Below are positions 13,965-24,485 of a DNA stretch of 40,785 nucleotides, in pieces (the stretch's first letter is position 1; each line of letters begins with the position of its first letter). The notes beneath the pieces were generated by a model that was given only the letters and a program-made list of their open reading frames with translations, did not search any database and had not been told where the DNA came from. The stretch spans positions 24,444,029 to 24,484,813 of the forward strand of contig NC_068990.1 in the NCBI RefSeq assembly GCF_001194135.2, in the 5' to 3' direction. The position numbers were made by a program, and so were the translations under genes. Source of the stretch: Octopus bimaculoides (taxonomy: Eukaryota).

Positions 13965-14175
13965 TGACGTCCTGGTGATCTGATGAGCTAGCTTTCTTTA
14001 TTTGCGTTAGTATGTGAATCTACAATTGCACTGTATAATGCTGAGCACACATATTTATGCAACCGTGCGTATATTTTCTTGTATACTGAAATTAATACTA
14101 CATGAAGAATGTTGCAAAACGGCCGTAATTCTATGGAACTCACGTGGCTAAATAAATCTATGTTCATTCTCTTCC
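13965..14175 (-). repeat. Right arm of the ~210-bp diverged inverted repeat pair
   Basis: See 12011-12225. Confidence 0.85.
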
Positions 14176-14228
14176 CTCCTGACTTTATTCTTACACATAC
14201 ATACACGCACACATGTACACACGAACAT

Positions 14229-14451
14229 GTGTATGTGTTTACATGTTTGTATCTGTGCTTGTCCCCCACTGCGCTCGACAATCTGATTTGGTTTATTTAC
14301 ATCTCTGTGACTTAGTAGTTCAGAAAAAATACGATAGAAAAACCTAAAAGTAAGTACTGGCTGCAATTTGTTCTATCAAAACACTTCAAGGAGGTGCCAC
14401 AGCATGGCCGCAAATCAATGACTGAAACAAGTAAAAGAAGGTAAAAGTAAG
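14229..14451 (+). mobile_element. Family-A/D SINE 3' half
   Basis: gtcccccact...cagcatggccgca...atgactgaaacaagtaaaaga. Confidence 0.75.
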
Positions 14452-15113
14452 TAGACTATTCGAAAGAACATTAGCCAAAGAAGACCAAGTGAAATATCAG
14501 GGTTGCCAGAGACATAAAACTTGAACAATTAAGAAGATAATTGATTTTCAAAATGAAAAAAAGTCGGAAACGTACGATTACTCAACAAATGTATTCATAG
14601 TGCAAACGAAGCAAAAGGATTTTTGCGGCAATGTAAATTTATCTAAGCTTGTGTGGCTGAATGAGACTTTCTGCTTGAATACCTTATAATTGGGGTTCAG
14701 AATCAAAGTCGTTTACGTCAGAAGATAATTGTTACTTCAAGAAATCTAACCGCTATATATTATCTCAATATCTGGGAGTACATACTAATAATAGCATAAA
14801 AGCTTTACTTGGTCTTCCCATTAGAAAATAAAAAATGGTGGAAATATACAGTTTAATTTATCTTCATTGAAAAATACGTTACGTAATTAGAAAAGCGGTG
14901 CAGTCATACTCTATACTATGAGTTGTTCTTAAAAATAAGAATATTAACGGTGGCTGACATACGCATACAAGTAAATATATCAACGAACCATTATTACTTC
15001 AAGTACTTAGTTGAAAGGATAATAGCAGACCAAGGAAATAAGCTGAAACTGAGTTGAAATAAATAAAAAAAAAAAAAACAGAAAAGCAGGAAAAATAATG
15101 TAATATTGACACA

Positions 15114-15342
15114 ATTTCGAGGAAGGAAGTAAGCCGATTAATTCGACCCTAGTGCGCAACTGGTACTTATTTTATGAACCACGAAAGGATAAAAGGCAAA
15201 GCCAACGATTCTGCGAGCTCGACGCTTCAACTAATTTTCGCAATATTGGTTTCAAATTTTGGCACAATGCCAGCAATTTCGCGGGAGGGTTATGTCGATT
15301 ACATTGACCCCCAGGGCTCAGCTGAAACTTATTTTATCAACT
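15114..15342 (-). mobile_element. Two adjacent family-B SINE fragments
   Basis: cgaccctagtgcgcaactggtacttatttt...gaaaggataaaaggcaaag; the second fragment runs into an N gap. Confidence 0.65.
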
Positions 15343-15596
15343 NNNNNNNNNNNNNNNNNNNNNNNNNNNNNNNNNNNNNNNNNNNNNNNNNNNNNNNNNN
15401 NNNNNNNNNNNNNNNNNNNNNNNNNNNNNNNNNNNNNNNNNNNNNNNNNNNNNNNNNNNNNNNNNNNNNNNNNNNNNNNNNNNNNNNNNNNNNNNNNNNN
15501 NNNNNNNNNNNNNNNNNNNNNNNNNNNNNNNNNNNNNNNNNNNNNNNNNNNNNNNNNNNNNNNNNNNNNNNNNNNTATATATATATATATATGCGC

Positions 15597-15765
15597 GATT
15601 GACAGCGAGTGTTGCTTCATTTACGTCCCCGCAACATAGCGGTTCGGCAAAAGTGTCTGATTGCATGAGTAGCAGACGTAAAATGGGGCCGATTTATTCG
15701 AGTAAAACCCTCAAAGTTGCGCCCCAGCATGGCTGCAGTCCAATGAGTGCAACAAATAAAAGACA
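15597..15765 (+). mobile_element. Family-A/D SINE 3' half after gap and (TA)n
   Basis: tttacgtccccgcaacatagcggttcggcaaaag...ccccagcatggctgcagtc. Confidence 0.75.
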
Positions 15766-16353
15766 GAGATAGGTTTTACAGTGATTAAGTATATTGCCTA
15801 TGGATTAACGATCTAACAGCTAGTAACAGGATACAGATTGCTCATGTACAGGCTAATAAACCAGTTCTCTCTCGTTTCAAGTATCCATGATACAGCTCTC
15901 CAAGCAATAATACTATTGAAATAGTAATAGTCATTCATAGCACTATATTTGTTTATCTGATTTTATTTGCCCTGCATTTGTGCTTTTCTGGAGGCTAAGT
16001 TGAAAAATAATCTTAGTTTCCGTTTTTCATCGACATTTTCATAAATATTTTACTTTTCATTTTAGTTATATATATATAAGTATTGGTTTCATTTTCATTT
16101 CTACATTGAGGGAAAATAAATCAATTTTATTTTTAATTAGCTTAATATTTTCCGAATAATGTTTTTAATTTATAACAACGGAATTCTGCTCAAATATCTC
16201 CAAATACATATATTTAACATGTGAAATAATTTATAAATTCAAAAAGTATGAAATAGTATTAAATTATATTAAAATCACTTTAAAAAAATCACTTAATTTT
16301 TATAAACGTTTTCATATATATATGCTGAGAAAGCATAGATAGTTTCTCATTGT

Positions 16354-16733
16354 GGAGACGCAAAGGCCCAGTGGTTAGGTCAGCAGACTCGCGGTCATAG
16401 GATCGCGGTTTCGATTCCCAGACCGGGCGTTGTGAGTGTTTATTGAGCGAAAACACTTAAAGCTTCACGAAGCCCTGGCAGGGGGTGGTGGCGAACCCTG
16501 CTATGTACTCTTTCACCACAACAATCTCTCACTCTTTCTTCCTGTTTCTGTTGTACCTGTATTTCAAAGAGCCACTCTTGTCACACTCTGTGTCACGTTG
16601 AATCTCCCCGAGAACTGCGTTAAGGGTACACGTGTCTGTAGAGTGTTCAGCCACTTGCACGTTAATTTCACGAGCAAGCTGTTCCATTGATTGGATCAAT
16701 TTGAACCCTCGTCGTCGTAATCGACGGAGTGCC
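16354..16733 (+). mobile_element. Family-C tRNA-derived SINE (~380 bp), full length
   Basis: A-box ggcccagtggttagg, B-box ggtttcgattccc; high similarity to the reverse complement of 35229-35615. Confidence 0.92.
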
Positions 16734-16789
16734 GTAGTCTCTCATATTGACAGTTCCTTATTTTCCATTGCAGAGAAAACCTTTCGGCA

Positions 16790-17540
16790 TGCTCCTTGCT
16801 GGCATTACAAATTTTTTTTTTTTTTTTTTAGCAGCAGCAGAATTTTGCTCATCCTAGCGTTCTGAGTTCAAATTCCACCCAGGATGACTATGACCTTCAT
16901 CCTATCGGGATCAATGACATAAGTATCACTCAGGTACTTGGGCCGATGTAATCAACTATCTCTGCCATCTTAGAATTTCAGGCCTCGTACCTATAGTAAA
17001 AAGGATTATTAGTACCTGAATTAAAGCGGCGAGCTGGCAGTATCGATAGCAGGCCGGGCGAAATGTTTAGCGGTATTTCGTCTGCCGTTACGTTCTGAGT
17101 CCAAATTCCGCCGAGGTCGACTTTGCCTTTCATCCTTTCGGGGTCGATAAATTAAGTACCAGTTACGCACTGGGGTCGATGCTATCGACTTAATCCCTTT
17201 GTCTGTCCTTGTTTGTTCCCTCTATGTTTAGCCCCTTGTGGGCAATAAAGAAATAAGAATCGTTAGAACGCCTCCCCAAAAATTTCTGGCCTTGTACCTA
17301 GAGCAGAAAAGAATATAGTTTTAAGGCGACAAGCTGGTAGAAAAATTAGCACGCCAGAAGAAATGCTTAGTGGCATTTCGCCTGTCTTTACGTTCTGAGT
17401 TCAAATTCCGCCGAGGTCGACTTTGCCTTTTATCCTTTCGGGGTCGATAAATTAAGTACCAGTTCTGTACTGGAGTTGATCTAATCGACCGGGCCCCCTT
17501 TTCCAAAATTTTGGACCTTGGGCCTAGAGTAGAAAAGAAT
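16790..17540 (+). mobile_element. Tandem cluster of family-B SINEs (16790-17010; 17023-17316 B1 plus B2 remnant; 17323-17540 B2)
   Basis: Repeated gttctgagttcaaattcc...gaggtcgactttgcctttcatcctttcggggtcgataaattaagtaccag core with two alternative tails. Confidence 0.9.
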
Positions 17541-17685
17541 AAGTACTAGTTCAGATTCAGGGCTGATGTGATCGACTTGCTCCGCCCCTTTTCATCGATG
17601 ACCGTGTTCCAAACTTGGAAATAATTATCACTACAGCAATAATGAACCAAAATTTGAAACCATTATTAACACCTCAATGATATTT

Positions 17686-18047
17686 TATCTTTTATTTGTT
17701 TCAGTAACTAGACCGCAGCCATGCTGGGGCATCACCATGAAGAATTTTAGTCGAATGAATCAACCTCAATATATATTTTTTTTTTTCAAGACTAGTACTT
17801 ATTCTATCAGTCACTTGCGCTGAGCCGCTATGTTACACAATGTGGTGTGGGTGGAAACATACACATATCTATATATATATAGATACACAAACAAATATGA
17901 CGGGCATCTTTCAGTTTCCGTCTACCAAATTCTCTCACATGACTTTGGTCGGACTGAGACTATAGTAGAAGACAAAAGTCCCACGCAGTGAGACTGAACC
18001 CAGAACCATGTGGTTGGGAAGCAAGCTTCTCACCACACAGCCATGAC
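17686..18047 (-). mobile_element. Family-A/D SINE
   Basis: tRNA head, core, internal (TA)n and 3' half as in 19296-19766. Confidence 0.85.
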
Positions 18048-19295
18048 TATGGTTTCTGTTCTGGTTTTAAAAAGTTCTTGGTAAAATTATTTTCAGTCTG
18101 GAGTCCAAATACTTATGTTCAATGAAGATAAGCATTTCAACTACAACCCAAAGCAGTATTTAGATAAACTGTTGACTTTTTTTTTCGGTGATTCGTTCTA
18201 TGCAATTTAGATTAAGCTTTCTTTGATTTCAACTACTCAACCTTTCATTTTGTATTCCTGCGATATTTGTCTTTATATTGCATCCATTTTATTAGTTCAT
18301 ATATTATGATTGTAGATCTCATTGAATGAAATATTTGAAAGACAATTACTTTTCATTTTATGTTTGTTTTCCATACTTTTTTTTTAGATTTGTAGCAATA
18401 TAAAGTTCATCTTATATACCATAGACTAGTTGACTTATTCTGCTGAAATTCACATTTGAATCTGTTGCAAACCTACCTATGATAGTTTATTATACGTTTT
18501 CATTACCTTTACTTTATTAAGTTTTACCTTTAGGAGGGTATATTGTCAGTCGATAAAAATATCGATCTTAATTATTTGACTATTTCGATCCTAAGGTATT
18601 CTTGTACACAATTCCATCTTCAGGTTATTTTGACCTTCAGATTTTTCTCATATTCAGTTGTGTTCATATTATCCAATACAGAATAATATTTCTCCTTTTG
18701 TTAGTAAATATTGCGTAGGTATGCAATGATCTATATTTGCTGTTTTATATTTCTTTTACAAGCTTTGCTTCTGTAGATTCTTTCTTTGCAATTGAAATTC
18801 TCAATATTTATAGATTTAATATTTTTCTAGTTTATCTGTGTTTAAAATCTTTTTTTTTTTTTTGTTATTTATCTCATCATATATTCTTTATTTTAAGCTC
18901 TCAATTTCTATGTAATATCTTTTAATATTTTTAACTACTCTGTTGGAATCCAATGTTCCTTATACAACATCTGCAGAGATTAAACAGGTATGTTGCTATT
19001 TTGACCATAAATGGCGCCATAAAATATGCATGAATGTATGGAAAATCCCTTAGAGTTCCTTTAAATTTTTTCGGTCTTGTTTGCAAGATTTAAGAGTTAA
19101 ATACGTTTTTATTTATATTGTGAGTATGGTAAAGGATATGTTGTCTCGGAAGGACTCCTCTTCAATACAACCAAGTTCCCCGTTGAGGAGAGTGGAAATA
19201 GAAATAGCTGAAGAACAAGCAAAAGTGTATCAAACAAGAAAACCCTATCTTCAACAACAACATATAAGTAAAACCACTGTGAACACGAGCATCAA

Positions 19296-19574
19296 CTCTT
19301 TTACTCTTTTAATCTTTTACTTGTTTCAGTCATTTGACTGCGGCCATGCTGGAGCACCACCTTTAGTCTAACAAATCGACACCAGGACTTATTTTTTGTA
19401 CACCTAATACTTTTTCTATCGTTTTTTTTTGCCGAACCGCTAAGTTACGGGAACGTAAACACACCAGCATCTGTTGTCAAGTGATGTTGGGGACAAACAC
19501 ACACACACACACACACACACATACACATACACACACATACACACACACACATACACACACACATACACACACAC

Positions 19575-19618
<44 letters not shown>

Positions 19619-19766
19619 GACGGGCTTCTTTCAGTTTCCGTCTACCAAATCCACTCACAAGGCTTTGGTTGGCCCGAATCTCTAGTAGAAGACACTTGCT
19701 CAAGGTACCACGCAGTAAGCTGAACCCGGAACCATGTGGTTGGTAAGCAAGCTACTTACTACACAC
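19296..19766 (-). mobile_element. Near full-length family-A/D SINE with expanded internal (TA)n(TG)n and (TAAAAGAG)n tail
   Basis: Head gtagtaagtagcttgcttaccaaccacatggttccgggttcagc, core ttgagcaagtgtcttctactag, ~125-bp internal microsatellite, degenerate 3x TAAAAGAG tail. Confidence 0.92.
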
Positions 19767-20074
19767 CCACAAAAGGAAGGATATCACATCTATTTATACC
19801 AGCACTGTCGTCACCACTCCGGTTACAAAAGGCCAATCTGTGTTAGCACAGAGAAAAAAGCATCAGTACCAACTCTTTAGTTCCCAACAATGGCAACCTT
19901 AACTGCATTAGCTCCGACACCAGCTCCATAACACTTAGATCAGGTCTCCCAGTAGCAAACAGTCTCACAGCCACAATATCTCTACCACTATATCCACTGC
20001 CACTGTCAATGATATCAGTTATCAGACTGTGTCATGGAGTTCTAAACAGACAGATCGATCAAGTTGATAGATAA

Positions 20075-20250
20075 CTTGGACGATCACACTGTTTTGCATG
20101 CGCTCATTCAGTGTCGAAACATTGATGATGTGTACAGTTTCGTTGAACAACTAATGTCGCGAGCAAGAGCAGGACTCGTTATCTGCCGAGTCTATTTTGA
20201 AGATTTTCCCACTGCCTTTCTTTATTAGGGTTGGCGAGGAAGTTTTCTCT
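20075..20250 (+). mobile_element. Possible degenerate L1/Tx1-type LINE ORF2 C-terminal remnant
   Basis: Frameshifted translation HTVLHALIQCRNIDDVYSFVEQLMSRA / LSAESILKIFPLPFFIR resembles the 'ETxxHxxxxC' zinc-knuckle tail of L1/Tx1 ORF2. From memory; needs a profile search. Confidence 0.45.
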
Positions 20251-20341
20251 GACATTCGGAGATTGATAAAATAGGTAGACTACTGATTACTGTTAGGGGC
20301 GATGATTTGCAATAAACGTTTGAGTAATAAAATCAATACCT

Positions 20342-20734
20342 TACATTATTTACATTATTTACATTTAACGGATATTTGTCCTCGTCTTGTTTGTTATTAA
20401 CACAGTGTTTCAGCTGATATACACTCCAGCCTTCATCAGGTGTCTTGGGGGAATTTCAAACCTGGGTCCTCATTCCTAAGGTATTTTTCGATGTTGTTGT
20501 TGTTATTATTATTATTATTATTATTATTCAGGTCACTGCCTGGAATCGAACTCGGAATCTTCGGGTTAGTAACCCACCCTATTAACCACTACGCCATATG
20601 CCCGTGGGCATATGGCGTAGTGGTTAACAACAAATGTCGTGTTAACAACAAACAAGATGAGGACAAATATCCGTCAAATGTAAATAATGTAAATAATGTA
20701 CATAATTCCTCATCTCTTAAATATAGAACTGTAT
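20342..20734 (-). mobile_element. tRNA-headed short retroelement with minimal hammerhead ribozyme, inverted dimer, 11-bp TSD
   Basis: Minus-strand copy: tRNA-like head 20603-20530 (A-box TGGCGTAGTGG, B-box GAGTTCGATTCC), (TAA/CAA)n, linker, hammerhead core 20444-20399, tail. Plus-strand deleted copy 20606-20733. TSD aatcaatacct at 20331-20341 and 20735-20745. Confidence 0.85.
20399..20444 (-). ncRNA. Degenerate minimal type-I hammerhead ribozyme (Penelope-like)
   Basis: GACAC-CUGAUGA-A-GGCUG(GAGUGUAUAU)CAGCU-GAAAC-ACU-GUGUU. Stems I and II pair and the core boxes are present. The NUH triplet is mutated here but intact in sister copies (GUU at 11386-11388, GUC at 20636-20638). Confidence 0.7.
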
Positions 20735-20850
20735 AATCAATACCTGGTATCACTTATTCGCATTTTCTTTCTTACTGAGATGTGAATCCTACCAAAGTAC
20801 CACTCTGTCGTTCATCTTCGAGGGTTATTAAAATAACATGTCAGTTACTA

Positions 20851-21201
20851 ACATATTTCTTTCCGTGACATGAGGCACATAAGCCGCAACATGATCTCTC
20901 CAGCCAGTTCAGTTTTCTGCCAATGTTCTGGTCTCATTCCAGTTTCTCTACCCTCGCTCGTCAATGGTCCTTCGTCCTGTGACTTTAGAGTTCCTTGCTG
21001 CTCTTTTCCCCCACCCCACCCCGGCGTCCACGTTAGTACCATCATACAGCCGCTTTCTCGATCTTCTCTGAGGACGTGTCTGATCTAGTTCCAACGTTTG
21101 CGGCTTAATTCGTCACTGATTCTGTTGATGTCTTCTGTCGTCTCAATCGTTTAATTTCGGACATTTTTCAGCCACTTGCTGTCTAGTGTTCTCCTTAAGC
21201 A
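20851..21201 (-). mobile_element. RTE-clade LINE 3' remnant (ORF C-terminus, pseudogenised)
   Basis: CLRRTLDSKWLKNVRN*...ISDELSRKRWN*IRHVLREDRESGCMMVLTWTPG...GWRDHVAALCAS matches the RTE RT C-terminal 'R.RRW.WIGHVLR...W.P.GKR.RGRP...W...V.ALC' pattern, with stops and frameshifts. Confidence 0.8.
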
Positions 21202-22342
21202 TAACATGTAGAGAGTAGTTATATACCATCAGGTTAGTTAGTCCTACCTAAGCAAAGCTAATAAGTTTACCTTTCAATTATCAATATCACGTTCTTTGTT
21301 TTAGTGATAACGTATCTACTAGTACATTTTCCCAATGTACGACAGAGTAATTCCTGTGGACGGCTACTTTATCCCAATAAGCTATCTACTATTATAAAAT
21401 TACATTCTTCCAAAAACTTATTTTCACAAGATACAGAGATTATTCCGGCTGCTGTTTCTAATATATAGAGCGACCACATAGTGACTATCTCATTTGCTCG
21501 ATGAGGTACCAGTTATATATTGCGACCGATTCAATCGATAATACTCTTCCTTCAAACTGTGTTTCATTGCTCCACTGTAAAAAACCATTATGAGTTATTT
21601 CAAGCGAAAGAACCATACTTAAGAATTATTAATGCATAACTATCAACCGGAATTCAATTGTTCTTTGTTTTGAAAAGAAAGTAAAAAGAAAGACTTGATG
21701 AAAAGATGTTCTGGTGAATAACAATAAATATCTTTATATAATAATAGTCATTGGGATGTTTTTTTTCTTTATGAGGTAGAAGCGGGGTGGATTCGGTATG
21801 TTTTTCGTGCTGGCTTTTGTATTTTCTTGCAGAGCATGCATAAGTATAGAATTTTAACGAGTAAGACTATATTGAGAAACAAGAGCAAGTTTATTAAGGA
21901 AATACTTTACAGATGAATATATCCAAAGATTTTAGATTTGATCGATATAACAAGCGAGGTATTGATTTCATGCAAGAAACCCATTATTTATCATCATAGG
22001 AACTAAAGAAAAATGTATAATTATTGAGTTGGTTCAAAAATATAAACACTGTGTTGCTTTCTGTCTTCTTTTTGTTTTCAAAACATGTTTATTCTGAGAT
22101 AAAAAAAAAAACAAAAACAACGAAATCTTTTTTTTATTCCCAATAATACAATTATATTATTTTTCATTATCATAATTGTTCATTACTCTAAATGTTTCTA
22201 TGGATATTTGAAACTTTGTTATACCAAATCATTTCAGCTGTTTTCTTGCTTCCGATGTAATCAAAGAAGTCTTAATGTAACACTTTTCTGCTCTAACGTA
22301 GACAGAGTGGTCACAGATTTTACGAGGAAATTTAATAATACT

Positions 22343-23041
22343 TTCTTCTATAGGTCTAAAGCCCGAAATTGGGTGATGGGGGGGGGTCGAGATTACCTCG
22401 ACTTCGGTGCTAAACTAGTACTTATTTCATCGACCCCGAAAGAATAAAAGACTAAATCGACCTTTACGGAATTTGAACTAAAAATGTAAAGACGGATGAA
22501 ACGCCGCTAAGCATTTTGTTCAGAATGTTAACGTTTCTTATTTTTTTATTGTCCACAAGGGGCTAAACATAGAGGGAACAAACAAGGACAGACAAAGGGA
22601 TTAAGTCGATTACATCGACCCCAATGCGTAACTGGTACTTAATTTATCGACCCCGAAAGGATGAAAGGCAAAGTCGACCTCGCAGATTTGAACTCAGAAC
22701 GTAAAAACAGACGAAATACCGCTAAATATTTCGTCTGGCATGCCAACGATTCTGCCCGCTCTCCGCCTTCAGAAAATATAATATTGGTTTCTGATTTAAG
22801 CACAAGGCCAGAAATTTTTGGGGGAGGAGTTCCAGTCTATTAGATCGACCCCAGTACGCAACTGGTACTTAATTTACCGACCTCGAAAGGATGAAAGGCA
22901 AAGTCGACCTCGACAGATTTGAACTCAGTACGTAAAAACAGACGAAATACCGCTAAGCATTTCATCCAGCGTGCTAACGTTTCTGCCAGTTCGCCGCCTT
23001 CAGAAAATAAAATATTGGTTTCTGATTTAAGCACAAGGCCA
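22343..23041 (-). mobile_element. Family-B SINE trimer (B2 22343-22537, B1 22538-22769, B2-type 22770-22999) plus duplicated tail remnant
   Basis: Three repeats of the B core on the minus strand; a 43-bp segment is repeated at 22768-22810 and 22999-23041. Confidence 0.9.
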
Positions 23042-23045
23042 AAAA

Positions 23046-23530
23046 TATATGATCATCGACACTAACTGTTGACTTGTGTTTTGATTTATCGATTTTAGAA
23101 AGATGAAAAGTGAAGGTTGACTTCGGTGAGATGAATTTTGTCCGATTGATTCCGCGAGTATGCCACCTTGGAGTAGAAAATCTAATAAGTGTTTCTAATT
23201 TTGGCTGAGAAAATTAAAGTTGACCTCCGCATTATGTGAACTCTATCGATTCTGTCGGCTCACTGCCCTGTAAGAAAATGCAATAATTCTTTCTAATTTT
23301 GGCTCACGACCAGTAATTTTGAGGGGATGGGGTAAACTATAGTTGACTTCGGTGGAATGTGAGCTCTGAAAGAAGAGTCGGAAGAAATGTCACAAAATAT
23401 TTTATCCGACACTCTAGCGATTCTGCCGTCCTTTTTAGAAAATGTATTAAGGCAAGCAGTTTTAAAAAGAGAGTTAATTCGATTAGATCGTTCTCACTAT
23501 TTCACTGGTACTTTATTATGTCGAAGGAAA
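23046..23530 (-). mobile_element. Cluster of old, fragmented family-B SINE pieces
   Basis: Several decayed gttgacttcggtg(g/a) and agcgattctgcc motifs. Confidence 0.5.
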
Positions 23531-23629
23531 AATTTGGCCTCGATGAGTCATCGAGGAAAATTTAACGGATAAGTTTAGCTGGTCGAATGGCCACCTGAAG
23601 TCTGCTTCCTTTCCCTCAACAACAGCAGC

Positions 23630-23757
23630 AGGGGCAGCAGATGTGGTGGCGGCAGCAGCAGTAGTAGTAATAGTGGTAGTAGTGATAGTATAAGTAATAG
23701 TAGTAGAGGCAGCAGCATTAGTAGTAGTAGTAGTGGGTAGTAGTAGTAGTAGTAGTA
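23630..23757. repeat. (AGC/AGT/GGT)n trinucleotide tract
   Basis: Directly visible. Confidence 0.9.
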
Positions 23758-23910
23758 TTTGCTGTTGACGGTGTTCTTTAATTCTCTCTAAATTCTCTCT
23801 AAATTCAAAATCTTTCGAGATTCATTGCAACCATTCCGTTTTTTTTTTCTCTGACATAATGTGCCTTCGATTGCATTATCAGAGTATTGGCTATTATATC
23901 TAGAAAACTG

Positions 23911-24485
23911 GGATCTACTTTAAAACGGGGGCCACATTTTTCATTAATGTTTTACGTAGTGTTTTTGGTACGGAAAGACTTTCAAACTTCGTATATTTAT
24001 CTATTTTGTGTTATAGAACAGAAAAATATTTTTGTATTCGAATTTATTTCATGTAAAAAATTGTCTTATTTCGATAATTTCGACCAATCACTAACAAGTA
24101 TTCAGTTGTTTACATTTACTCCTTTGGCTGATTAAGCGATGTAAAGCGTATTTAATCTCCATACCTTCGTTTTATTTGCTTTTTTCATTTTAAATTTGCT
24201 TTAACCCTAACCCTAACCCTAACCCTAGGGTTAGGGTTAGGGTTAATTGTTTCAGAATCGTTTGTTTATGTAGTCGGCACTTAATGTATATCGGTTGAAT
24301 GGACGTCAGTGATTGGTTGAAATTAGAGAAATACGACAACTTTAACATGGAATAACTTATGGATTTCTTTTTTTTTTAAAGAAGACTAAGAGAAAAAGAT
24401 GTTTTATATGACACATTCTACCAGTGTTCCAAGTTTCAAAGTGTTTCGTTAATGAAAAATGTGGCCCCCGTTTTAAAAAAGATCC
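23911..24485. mobile_element. 575-bp MITE (37-bp TIRs, 8-bp TSD; possibly Merlin superfamily) with central telomeric palindrome
   Basis: Left TIR ggatctactttaaaacgggggccacatttttcattaa (23911-23947) versus right TIR 24449-24485: 35/37 identical. TSD gaaaactg at 23903-23910 and 24486-24493. Confidence 0.9.
24201..24246. repeat. Inverted telomeric repeat (AACCCT)4-(AGGGTT)3
   Basis: ttaaccctaaccctaaccctaaccct|agggttagggttagggttaa, centre between 24226 and 24227. Confidence 0.95.

Noticed and set aside
13978-14000. CTGATGA motifs here, at 12192-12198 (minus), about 28866 and about 40031 as further hammerheads
   Set aside because: No stem II followed by GAAA, and no stem I pairing.
12016-14175. 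Similar peptides from the two inverted-repeat arms (DLFNHVSSIELQLF / DLFSHVSSIELRPF) as duplicated exons
   Set aside because: Most codon differences in the aligned part are non-synonymous, there are no convincing splice sites, and similarity decays with indels.
16354-16430. tRNA-like sequences here and at 20530-20603, 33340-33409, 35540-35615 and 39241-39330
   Set aside because: They have A/B boxes but no proper acceptor stem or cloverleaf and continue into repeat bodies, so they are SINE heads, not tRNA genes.
17023-17540. Regularly spaced repeats resembling a CRISPR-like array
   Set aside because: Eukaryotic context; the units are 200-300 bp SINE copies, not short repeats with unique spacers.
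24201-24246. Relic of a telomere-telomere chromosome fusion
   Set aside because: The orientation is the opposite of a fusion scar, and the array lies inside a TIR/TSD-bounded element.
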